NCBI GenBank assembly: GCA_043228905.1
Contig: JBHGNT010000001.1
Location: 32,302,001-32,366,000, forward strand
DNA: 64,000 nucleotides
DNA from: Azolla caroliniana
Lineage: Eukaryota; Plantae; Polypodiophyta
Direction of reading: 5' to 3'
The notes under the pieces: generated by a model
Seen by the model: only the letters and a program-made list of their open reading frames with translations
Database searches by the model: none
What the model was told of the DNA's origin: nothing
In this document: positions 47,750 through 58,500 of the stretch, piece after piece
Position numbering within the stretch: the stretch's first letter is position 1
Layout of the letters: every line of letters begins with the position of its first letter
Translations under genes and position numbers: made by a program

Positions 47750-50700
47750 TGATGGAAAATCAATCGACACTTTCCAAACTTCACCTCTCGGCCACAACCA
47801 AGGAAACACACGAATCGTTGTTGCAGAAAATGGGAAATGCGAGAAATAGAGTGGACACACTATTTAACGTGGAAAACCCTGTACGGGAAAAACCACGGGA
47901 GTACAAGACTCCAAACCAAAACTATGCACAGAGAAATATACAATGGCGAGCTGCAAGGCGACGACCTTGAGCTCGTTGTCTTCGCCACAGGCGGCGGAAA
48001 TACACAGAGGCGTCCACCTCTTCCTCTCTCACGCTCTATCTCTCTCGCGACTGCTCTCTCTTCACTCCTCTTGAGTGGAAAAACAGAAAAATGATAAGCA
48101 ACAATAAAACTGTTTGCCCTAAGTCATATTTATACACATATGACTTTGGGGCTATTTACAACTATAGCCTCAAGGGCCCTTGGCAAACATATTCACAGAT
48201 ATGTCCCCGCATCCGGATCTCGCTCCGGGTACATTCGTCATCCCGCTCCGAAGCCGGGGTCTTCATCATCCGGTTCCGGAACCGAAACCGGGCTTGTCGG
48301 CATTCGTCTCCGATATCCGACCATCCCATCCGAAAGGGACAGTAATCCCAACAAACTCCCCCTTCACTTCGGCATGGGATGTCTCTCCAATCCGATCCTC
48401 TTCCGGCATGCTTCCAGCTTGTCGGGTGTGAGCACCTTGGTCAGCATATCCGACCCGTTCTCGTCCGTGTGGACCTTTGTCAGCACGAACTCCTTGTCTT
48501 CTATCCTTTCCCGGATCCAGTGATATCTTCGCTGGATGTGCTTCGTCCGGGAGTGATAGGCCGCGTTCTTCGCAAGGTGGATTGCACTCTGACTGTCGCA
48601 GTAGAGTCGGTACTCCTCCTGTCGGATACCGAGCTCTCTAATGAAGTCCTTCATCCATATTATTTCCTTGCCGGCTTCAACAGCCGCCATGTACTCCGCC
48701 TCCGTGGTTGACAACGTAACCGTCTTCTGCAGCCTCGACTGCCATGAAACAGCTCCCCCTGCATACGTCATCACATACCCTGATGTGGACCGGCTGGTAT
48801 CTGCATCAGCCGACATATCCGAATCGGTGAAACCGTCGAGTTCGGGCTTACCGGAGCCGAATCGGAGGCACACGTTTGCCGTGCCCTTCAGGTATCGGAG
48901 TATCCACTTGGCCGCGTTCCAATGCTCTTTGCCGGGATTGCTCATGTACCGGCTCACCACTCCGACTGCATATCCTATGTCCGGTCTCGTACACACCATG
49001 GCGTACATCAAGCTCCCGACGGCTGAGGCATACGGCACTTTCATCATATCCTCCTTTTCAGCCTTTGTCTTGGGACTTTGCTTGTTGGACAGCTTGCAGT
49101 TTGCCGGGAGGGTCGATCCGACCGGTCTTGCTTCCGACATGTTGAACCGTTTAAGCACCTTTGTCACGTACTTTTCCTGTGACAGCCACAACTGCTTCTT
49201 GCTCCGGTCCCGGATGATGTGCATCCCTAGTATTTGTCTCGCCGGACCCAGGTCCTTCATTGAGAAGGTTCGGTGAAGAGCCTTCTTCAGCATCCGTATC
49301 TTGACCTGGTCCCGTCCGACGATCAACATGTCGTCCACGTACAGGAGAAGTATTAGAAAGTCTCCTCCTTCGAACTTCTTCACAAACACGCAGTGGTCAG
49401 ACTGCGTTTTGAGGTACCCTTCGTCGGTCATGAAGGAGTCGAACTTCCGGTACCATTGCCGGGGAGCCTGCTTCAGTCCGTAAAGGCTCTTCTTCAACCG
49501 GCATACCAGGTGCTCCTTCCCTTTCTTCTCGAATCCTTCCGGTTGCTGCATGTAGATCTCTTCTTCGAGGTCACCGTGAAGGAATGTCGTCTTCACGTCC
49601 ATCTGTTCTACCTCGAGGTCCATGCTTGCCGCTATGCTCAGCACCGTCCGGATGGAGGTCATCTTCACTACTGGGGCAAATATCTCGTCGAAGTCGACGC
49701 CCTTCTTCTGCTGAAACCCCTTCACCACGATCCTGGCTTTGTATCTCGGGGGGTTTCCGGCATCTCCCGGTTTCAGCTTGAACACCCACTTGTTTCGAAG
49801 TGCCCGCTTTCCTTTCGGCAACTCCACAAGTTCATATGTGTGGTTCTCATGCAGGGAATCCATCTCGTCCTGCATGGCACTCAACCACCTGCGGCTCTGG
49901 GTGTCATGCTTTGCTTCTTCAACGCTCTCTGGCTCCCCTTCGTCGGTTAGCAGCACGTGCTCTGGTTCCGGAAATCTCCGGGGGGCCCTTCTCTCTCTTA
50001 GAGGATATCTCCGTTCCGGAGCTTCGGTAACCGGTTCTTCCGATTCTTCTTCATCCGAATCCATTTCAGGATCGGGGCCGGTTCCGGTATCATTTTCATC
50101 TTCTTCGGCCGGTTCTGTTTCTTCACCGTCTTCGGCCGGATCCTCGAGTGCTAACCGGTCCCTTGCCGGTCGGGACTGCTCCTCGTAGAGTTGATCCTCA
50201 CCGGTCGACTTGGAGCTCTTCATCTTCTTCTCCGACTCCCAGTCGGTGAGTGTCTTGTTCTCCATGAAGATGATATCACGACTCCGGAATATCTTCTTGT
50301 CGACCGGGTCCCATACTCGGTAGCCGAACTCGTCATCGCCGTAACCGAGGAATATGCATGGCCGGGTCTTTGGATCTAGCTTTCCTCTCCTGTCCTTTGC
50401 CACATGCACGTATGCGAGACACCCGAACACCTTCAGATGCCGGTAGGATACTTCCCTACCGGTCCACACTCTCTGCGGCGTGTCTCCGTCCAAAGGTACT
50501 GAGGGTGATCTGTTTATCACGTATGTCGCCGTCGACATCGCCTCAGCCCAAAACCCCTTGGGTAATTCCGCATGCGCCAGCATACTCCGGACCCTCTCCA
50601 TTATGGTCCGATTCATCCTCTCGGCCAGCCCGTTCAGTTCCGGCGTCTTCGGCACAGTAAACTCGAGCCGGATTCCCTTCGAGCGACAGTACTCCGCGAA

Positions 50701-53071
50701 CTGCCCCCGGTATTCCCCTCCGTTATCCGCTCGTATCGCTTTCAGCTTTTTGCCGGATTCTCTTTCCACTCTCGCGTGGAGTTCTTTGAAGACGGACAAC
50801 ACTTGGTCCTTTGTCTTCAACGGTGCCGTCCACAGCTTCCGGCTGTGATCATCAATGAATGTTACGAAGTACTGGGCTCCGCCATGTGACTTCGTTTCTA
50901 CCTGACACACATCAGTGTGTACCAACTCCAATGGTACACTACGTCTCGTCGGTGGCCTTGAGTGGAAGGAGGCTCGGTTCTGCTTACCGGCCAGGCAATC
51001 AGTGCACTTCTCCAGGTGCACATGCTTCACTGGAATAAGGTTGTCTTCTGCAAGCCTCTTCATCCCCTTCTCACTCATGTGGCACAGTCTCTTGTGCCAC
51101 AGCTCACCGGCAGTGTCGGCTGCCACGTTCAACTCCTCTGGACACAACCAGGCATTCATCAGGTACAATGTGTTGACCTTCCGGGCCCGAGCCACTATCA
51201 GGCTCCCCTTGCTGAACTTCATTACGCCGTTCCGGATGCTACCTGTGTAGCCTTCATCGTCTAGCCTCCCGGCCGAAATCAGGTTCAATCGAACCTCCGG
51301 AACGTGTCGAACATCCTTCAGCAGCATTTTGCATCCGGTCGGGGTTATCAACCACACGTCTCCTATGCCGGCAATCCGGCACGTACCTTCATTTCCCATC
51401 CGAACACAGCCATGTTCACCGGCTGTGTAGGATGAGAAGTATCTTCTCTCCGGGGTCAGGTGGAACGATGCTCCGGAATCGACCACCCAGGTCGTCTCAT
51501 CGCCGGCAATGTTTAGTTCACCTTCTTCGGTGATGAGCATGATCTCCTCTTCACTTGCCGCGAGTGCCGTCGTTCCTTTCCGGTCCTGCCCTCGCCGATC
51601 CGAACCATTCCGGTCCGTGGCTCCCCGGTAAGTCCCGTTTCGTTCCGAAGACTTCTTCGAATCGGTGTCGTTGGCTCCGTTGTCTTTCCGGTAATGCCGA
51701 CAATTCTTTCGGAAGTGCCCCGGCTTCCCACAGTGGAAGCATGTGGGCCTTCCTCTTGACTGCGACCGGGTCCCCGACTTCTCCCGTCTTTGCGGACTCC
51801 GGTTCCGTTGTCTTCCCCGATCCGATTCGGTAAACAACATCTTCGGATCGGAGGCCGGTTCTTTATCTCTCCGACGCGCTTCTTCGTTCAAAATACTTGT
51901 CTTTACCGTTTGTAGGGACAAGTTATCTTCCGTGCAGGAGGTGCTGAGAGTCACCACCAAGTTCTCCCAGCTTTCCGGCAATGTACACATCAGGATGATG
52001 GCTTGCATTGCATCCTCCAACGGGAACTTGATCGCCGCAAGCTGGTTCACGAATCCCATGAACGTGCTTACGTGTTCCACCATACTCTCGCCGTCCCGGT
52101 ACTTGAGGTTCACTATCTTCCTCATCAGGGAGGTCCGGTTCAACGCATTCTTCCTCTCGTAGAGGCCCGACAGCTTCCGCCACATCTCATATGCGTTGGT
52201 GTCGTTCGCCACATGTTGTAGAACGCTCACGTCGACGTATTGCCGAATGGTTGCAACGGCTTTCCGGTTCAGAAGCCTCCATTCCGACTCAAGTACCCCC
52301 TTCGGTATTTCCGACCTGTCAATCGGTTCGTACAGGTCCCGAACAATCAGAAGATCCTCCATCTTGATCTTCCAGTCGGCGTAATTCTGTGCATTCAGCA
52401 CCATCATCCCCGGCTGCCCGCTGCCGCCGCCTTCCATTTTCTGCAGCAGCCCGCTCTGATACCAAATTGATGGAAAATCAATCGACACTTTCCAAACTTC
52501 ACCTCTCGGCCACAACCAAGGAAACACACGAATCGTTGTTGCAGAAAATGGGAAATGCGAGAAATAGAGTGGACACACTATTTAACGTGGAAAACCCTGT
52601 ACGGGAAAAACCACGGGAGTACAAGACTCCAAACCAAAACTATGCACAGAGAAATATACAATGGCGAGCTGCAAGGCGACGACCTTGAGCTCGCTGTCTT
52701 CGCCACAGGCGGCGGAAATACACAGAGGCGTCGACCTCTTCCTCTCTCACGCTCTATCTCTCTCGCGACTGCTCTCTCTTCACTCCTCTTGAGTGGAAAA
52801 ACAGAAAAATGATAAGCAACAATAAAACTGTTTGCCCTAAGTCATATTTATACACATATGACTTTGGGGCTATTTACAACTATAGCCTCAAGGGCCCTTG
52901 GCAAACATATTCACAGATATGTCCCCGCATCCGGATCTCGCTCCGGGTACATTCGTCATCCCGCTCCGAAGCCGGGGTCTTCATCATCCGGTTCCGGAAC
53001 CGAAACCGGGCTTGTCGGCATTCGTCTCCGATATCCGACCATCCCATCCGAAAGGGACAGTAATCCCAACA
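47750..53071 (-). mobile_element. Full-length Ty1/copia LTR retrotransposon (copia 2)
   Basis: 604-bp LTRs at 47750-48353 and 52468-53071 (2 differences seen). PBS tRNA-iMet at 52453-52464; PPT gaagggggag at ~48356-48365. No TSD found. Confidence 0.95.
48364..52437 (-). CDS. Copia Gag-Pol polyprotein, ~1357 aa
   Basis: The likely ATG is at 52437 (MEGGGSG), after the PBS. Same motifs as copia 1 (CFHCGKPGHFRKNC, VDSGAS, YVDD). Confidence 0.96.
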   Translation of the reverse strand: MEGGGSGQPGMMVLNAQNYADWKIKMEDLLIVRDLYEPIDRSEIPKGVLESEWRLLNRKAVATIRQYVDVSVLQHVANDTNAYEMWRKLSGLYERKNALNRTSLMRKIVNLKYRDGESMVEHVSTFMGFVNQLAAIKFPLEDAMQAIILMCTLPESWENLVVTLSTSCTEDNLSLQTVKTSILNEEARRRDKEPASDPKMLFTESDRGRQRNRSPQRREKSGTRSQSRGRPTCFHCGKPGHFRKNCRHYRKDNGANDTDSKKSSERNGTYRGATDRNGSDRRGQDRKGTTALAASEEEIMLITEEGELNIAGDETTWVVDSGASFHLTPERRYFSSYTAGEHGCVRMGNEGTCRIAGIGDVWLITPTGCKMLLKDVRHVPEVRLNLISAGRLDDEGYTGSIRNGVMKFSKGSLIVARARKVNTLYLMNAWLCPEELNVAADTAGELWHKRLCHMSEKGMKRLAEDNLIPVKHVHLEKCTDCLAGKQNRASFHSRPPTRRSVPLELVHTDVCQVETKSHGGAQYFVTFIDDHSRKLWTAPLKTKDQVLSVFKELHARVERESGKKLKAIRADNGGEYRGQFAEYCRSKGIRLEFTVPKTPELNGLAERMNRTIMERVRSMLAHAELPKGFWAEAMSTATYVINRSPSVPLDGDTPQRVWTGREVSYRHLKVFGCLAYVHVAKDRRGKLDPKTRPCIFLGYGDDEFGYRVWDPVDKKIFRSRDIIFMENKTLTDWESEKKMKSSKSTGEDQLYEEQSRPARDRLALEDPAEDGEETEPAEEDENDTGTGPDPEMDSDEEESEEPVTEAPERRYPLRERRAPRRFPEPEHVLLTDEGEPESVEEAKHDTQSRRWLSAMQDEMDSLHENHTYELVELPKGKRALRNKWVFKLKPGDAGNPPRYKARIVVKGFQQKKGVDFDEIFAPVVKMTSIRTVLSIAASMDLEVEQMDVKTTFLHGDLEEEIYMQQPEGFEKKGKEHLVCRLKKSLYGLKQAPRQWYRKFDSFMTDEGYLKTQSDHCVFVKKFEGGDFLILLLYVDDMLIVGRDQVKIRMLKKALHRTFSMKDLGPARQILGMHIIRDRSKKQLWLSQEKYVTKVLKRFNMSEARPVGSTLPANCKLSNKQSPKTKAEKEDMMKVPYASAVGSLMYAMVCTRPDIGYAVGVVSRYMSNPGKEHWNAAKWILRYLKGTANVCLRFGSGKPELDGFTDSDMSADADTSRSTSGYVMTYAGGAVSWQSRLQKTVTLSTTEAEYMAAVEAGKEIIWMKDFIRELGIRQEEYRLYCDSQSAIHLAKNAAYHSRTKHIQRRYHWIRERIEDKEFVLTKVHTDENGSDMLTKVLTPDKLEACRKRIGLERHPMPK

Positions 53072-53571
53072 AACCTTCACACTCTACTCAATTAAAAATT
53101 TGATGAAATAAGATTGCAAAAGTCTTTCTTGCATTGTTGTGCCCATTAGTATTTTCTTCAAATATCATCCTCTAACATAGTCTCGTATGTGTGAGGATTC
53201 TACCATGAAATCATATCATGCATGATTAGGTACACATGAGCATGTCCCATTCGATCAAATTGACGTTGTTGAGAAAGACGAGAAGGAATGACTAGTGTTT
53301 ATACTTATTGTTCTTTCCCATGTCTTAAATTGCTCGATGTCAAGTATGAAGTTAGAGTACACATAACATAATAATTTGTCCTTTTTATTTTTTCAATCGA
53401 TAGTTTATATATTGTCTAAAGTGATTTACATGATACATGGACACTTTCAAATATCTTAAAAACTTTAGCATGGATTTTTACCTTTTTCAATTGCTCTTAA
53501 GCTACCGTAGACACACATATCTCCCAAAGCATAGCCAAATACACTACAACATGTTTTTGTAGCGGTTCCTT

Positions 53572-54023
53572 TTTTATTCAAAACAAAATATCCTTCCATT
53601 AGTTATATAAAAAGGTCATGACAGATACAACATAGAAAGTACTTTTTCCCCAAGTCCGTCTTGTGTAAGACAATGGCTGAGGAAACTAATCTATGTACTC
53701 CAAAGTAGAGAAAACAATCCAGTAATTATAAACTATTCCATAGACACATTGCAAGGTATCCATATCCATAGACAACAACAAAAGTAGCTCTATTAAAAAA
53801 CAAGCCCTCTTAGGTCATAGTGATGAACCATTTCAATACTTCTTCAACCTGCTCTTGTTCAACATAATCTTTATCCAAAAAAACTGAATGCTACCGCAAG
53901 CTTTCGAGGTAGGTAACATTGTATTCCATGCATGTACTATGTACATCTCGGATTTGAAGGTGATCAACTAAATTGTTTGCTTTTTCAAGAGAACTACATT
54001 TCACATTCGTGATTTTTTTTTCC
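53572..54023 (-). mobile_element. ~450-bp retroposed LINE/SINE 3' fragment with 12-bp TSD
   Basis: Direct repeat tagcggttcctt at 53560-53571 and 54024-54035; T-tail plus tatccttccattagtta motif at the left end. Confidence 0.7.
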
Positions 54024-55406
54024 TAGCGGTTCCTTGTCGATGATCTCCTCATGAACTTCCTTTCCCCATAATAATTTGCACTTGCTTCTATCCAATGGTT
54101 CTAAATTCTAATGTATGCATTTGGTTGATTCCAACCTATTAACTTTTAAGTGTGTTGACCTCATGCCAATTTCTAATACGAATCAAGGACAACTTAATAA
54201 AATGAAAGATATCTACCATTATGTCAAGTCATTGACAAGATAACGGATGTACATTTCAAAGTGTGTGGAGGTTGCCCTAAACACTTTGGAATACTTTAAG
54301 CCTTAAATAGTTAACATAATTAACATTTTATAAATAGTTTTGCGACCTTTGTCATTTGAGATCTAATTTTCAGCATTCCAATTTGGAGTCAAAACAAAGA
54401 CTCCACTTTTATGGTATGAAAAGAATGCCTAGAGTGCAAAAACTATTTATAACATATTACTCTTATCTACGTAGAAAGAGAAATAATTAGATGGACTAGA
54501 TTAGTATTTGAAATCATGATTGAACACAAAGATTTACATGAAACTGAGATGATATATGTAATTCAAGAGATGAGACACACTCTCTCCCTCTCATAGTAAG
54601 TGTGCTCATGGCCATATGTACACAAAATCAAACTTACTTACATTTGACTTGGGATAGCATTGTCTTCTTGATGCACACAAATACATCTCACCATCATTGT
54701 TATGCCATGTGGATTCAATGTATTCGTGTGTACATACTATGTACCAAGGGGATTTATAGAAAAAAATACCTACTTTTCTGTCATGACTCATGACTCATCA
54801 CATTGGGATAAGTGTAAACTCCTTCCCATTGTCTCTCATTTTCAAGACACATGTTAATACATCTTCATGAATATGCATTTACATACACTATGCTTATTTT
54901 CGTAGTATACTCTCATCACATTACACTTCATCTCATCCCAACATGCATGCATCTAATATATATATTTATGGTTGCAGCTCATCCTAGATTATTAATCTAT
55001 GCCTTGTTTGTGATGCTTGTAAAGAAGTGATGATAATGATTCTTTAAAGACAGAAGAAAATACATGGTAAAATCTATCAAGAATTGATAGGATTTATGTT
55101 GATGACTTATTTGCGGAGATAGGTGGGAGTGTTGGCATTTATCCAGGCACGACCTTCTCCGATTATGCCCCAGTTATGTTACAAGTTAATGATGGGAAAA
55201 AATGTAAGCAACAAGGGAGGATAAGGATTCCACCGGAATTGTTTACAGAACCATTAATTATTGAACAAGCTATGTATATATGGAGACATTGCAAACTCGA
55301 AATGTGGAAGATAATGTGGCCTTGGCAATATTACATATTAGTAGTTTCCTAATCTTTTGGGCAGAAGGGAAAAGGGAAAGATATCCATAGAAAATTATCA
55401 GTATGC

Positions 55407-55568
55407 TTAAAAAATTATTAGAAAGGTTGGAGAAAGAGTGCATAATGCTTGGAGTAATATATTTGGATAATATGTTGTTGGGAAGGATAGTAGCTTCCTT
55501 TCCATCAATTTGTATTTTTTAGCTGATATGTTTTTTAAAACTAATGGAAGGATATGTTTTTTTTGGAA
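55407..55568 (+). mobile_element. 162-bp SINE-like or highly truncated LINE insertion with 16-bp TSD
   Basis: Perfect TSD aaaattatcagtatgc at 55391-55406 and 55569-55584; ends actaatggaaggatatg-T-run-ggaa. Confidence 0.8.
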
Positions 55569-58500
55569 AAAATTATCAGTATGCATTGTGCCTTGACATC
55601 GTTGCAATAGTTTCAAGAAAGGGATCCATTGTGTGAATGGACGGCAAATGCTTTACATAATGCGAAATGGGAATTATAAAATATTGAGGACAACATTTTA
55701 CAATTTCAATATCAAGCTTCTGTTTCAAAATGGACACAAGTAGGTGATCGGGTAAAGAAAATGTTTTTTTCCCAAGTTGCACCAAAATGGTCAGCAGTAG
55801 GGATTAAACAGCTAAGGAGAGAAGATGGCTCCTTAACAGAAGATAAGTCAGAAATTGTACAAATTGCTACTACTTATTAAATTAAATTGTTGTCCGTTGG
55901 AGTTGTTACCGCAAGTAGGAAATGCATGTGGGACAAAATTATGCCTAAAGTCACAAATTGAAGCCATTTGACATTATGGAAATACATAATATACTTAGAC
56001 CTTTAAGTCTTATGTCTTGTTTAGGGGAGGAAGTCTTAACGAAAGCTTATCAAAGAATTTTTTATACTGCCTCATAGTATGGCAGTTGGCATGATTTATT
56101 TAATACCTAAGAGTGAAGGTATATCGAACGATATCAGAAAATGGAGGCCAATAACTTTGCTAAATACAATATATAAAATCTTCACAAAAACATTGTCATT
56201 GAGACTGCAACCTTTGCTACATTGATTCATATCACTCAAATAGGTTTTATTCAAGAAAGAAGTATAATGGATCATTTGTTCTTTTTTGGGAAGCCATTGC
56301 CTTGGCTCGCAAGAAAAAAGAGGATTTAGTTATTTTATTCCTTGACTTTGAAAAAGCATATGATCGAGTTGATTGAGACTTCCTTCATGGTGTCCATGTA
56401 AGACTTGGTTTTCCGGAGCAATGGGTGATAGGAGTGTCTTCTTTGTACCATTCAACGACAATTCTGTTTTTTCAGGAGGGGTTAAAGGTGATGTGTTTCA
56501 AATTTCTCAAAGTGTACGACAAGGCTGTCCACTTGCACCATATCTATTTCTGTTTTCTGTTTGACGCGGTGAGTTTATTTTTTACCGGTAAAGATGTTGG
56601 ATTGCAAGGAGTAGTAATGCCCCTTGATGGGACTAACGTTGTCGATGATACAAGTTTGTATCTCGATGGTCAGGTTAATAATTTGCAAAAAATGTACACA
56701 ACAATGCAAACATTTTGTATGGCTTCAGGTGCATCAATTAATTGGAATAAATCAATGGGTTTTTGGGTGTGGTCAAATTCCATTCCACAATAGAGTTCTC
56801 ATCCATATTTCTGATGGATTCCCGAGGGCACCTTAGTTAGATATTTGGGATGCCAAGTAGGCTTTAATATTTCTTAAAAAATTCAGGTTGCTTCTTTGCT
56901 ATTGAAAATTAGAAAAAAAACCGTTCTTTTGGAGTAAAGCTAAACTATCACTTGTGGGTAGAGTGGTAGTAGTTAATCAAGTTTTGTTGTCTAGCCTCTG
57001 GTATATTATCTCATGTTGGACTTTTTCTAGATCATGTATGGGACAATTACAAAGATTGATCCTGAATTATTTGTTGTTTGGTAATGATGGAAGTCATGTT
57101 AGGGGAAACGTCTCTTGGTTCACGATTGTTAAGCCACTGGATCAGGGAGGATTAGGGATTGTAGATCCATTACAATAGTCCAAAGCTTTGGTTGCAAAAT
57201 TTGTGATTCGGGCATTGTTACCAGGATTATAACCTTGGAAACAACTGTTATATGAATTGCAAAAGTTTTGTCCTAAAAATGGTGGGGATTGGAGGCCTAG
57301 TTTTCGATGGAGTTTTATGGAACATAACAAGTTGGCTATTTCCACAAATAGGGAAGATAGATTTGGTCAATATATTCTTAATGCATGGAAAGATGTTTCA
57401 CTTGACTTAGGTAAGAGATTGCCAAAAACTGAAACTAAATTCTGTAGACAACCCATGATTTGGAATTCATGTTTGACTGACCAAAGGGGATAGACGTTGG
57501 CAAGGCGTACTAAATGTGCATGGGCAGAATTAGATCATGGACCAACAGAGTCTATAGGTGCATGGACAACATTTCTGTCTAAACCTATAGACCAACAAAT
57601 GCTACTAGTTAATAATATAAGAGGCAAAAAATTAATGTATTTGCCATACAAAACGCCCTTTCTCATATGCAGATGCAAATTGGATCTGCCTTACAAAAGT
57701 GGATTGGTTTATTTACTCCATTGCATGTTTTGATTGGAGTAAAAGCCTATATTGGGGAACAAGAGTGTATGATTTTTATGTATAGGATGATGGTAGGTTA
57801 ATCTTCACACCTAAGAAAACTAACGTGTTTAGTTTTTGTTTGCATAAAGAAGTGAGGGTGGTTGCAAATGATGGATCAAATTGGGTTTTAGATCCGGATA
57901 CACAAGAGGTGAATTCTTTTTGGAGGATTTGGATTATGGAAAGGAGACTAGTATCTAGATTATCTTGGGATCTTGGAGAATTGTATTGGAAGGTGTGGGT
58001 TCAAGATCAAATAAAATATGTGCTTTTTTTTCAATATTTTGTGAAGATTGGTCGGAAAATATTGGGCGCTATATCATGTAAAGAGCCAACCACAAATGTC
58101 ATTTGGAGACGAAATGGAATTCTCCACAACATCTCAAACAATTTTGAAATGGGTGTGGCGTATAAAATGAGTAGAAAATTTGTTTGTTTCCATTGGTTGT
58201 TGGTTCATAAAGTTATACCAATTAATGGGTGGCGAAAAGGGAGTGTAGACCAATCAAAGGAGTTTGCCGATAGTTAGAGTTTTTTGGGATCAAGGGATTC
58301 CATTTTGCCTTCTTTCATTAAACTTCCTGCGTTGAGTAAGAACACCAATGTAAGGATTCAAAAGGTTGTATACTTGGGCCTTCCCAACCAATGCTTTCAT
58401 GTGGCGCGGTGGGTCATTTAGCTAAAGATTGTGAGGTTAAAAACGAAGCTATTCACCATAAGAACCCTACCACGCAAGATGATAGCAGGGCAAAGGTGAG

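Noticed and set aside
52438-52578. N-terminal extensions of the copia 2 ORF (and of gypsy gag to 43560) given by the ORF track
   Set aside because: They start inside the LTR and cross the PBS; the first ATG after the PBS is more plausible.
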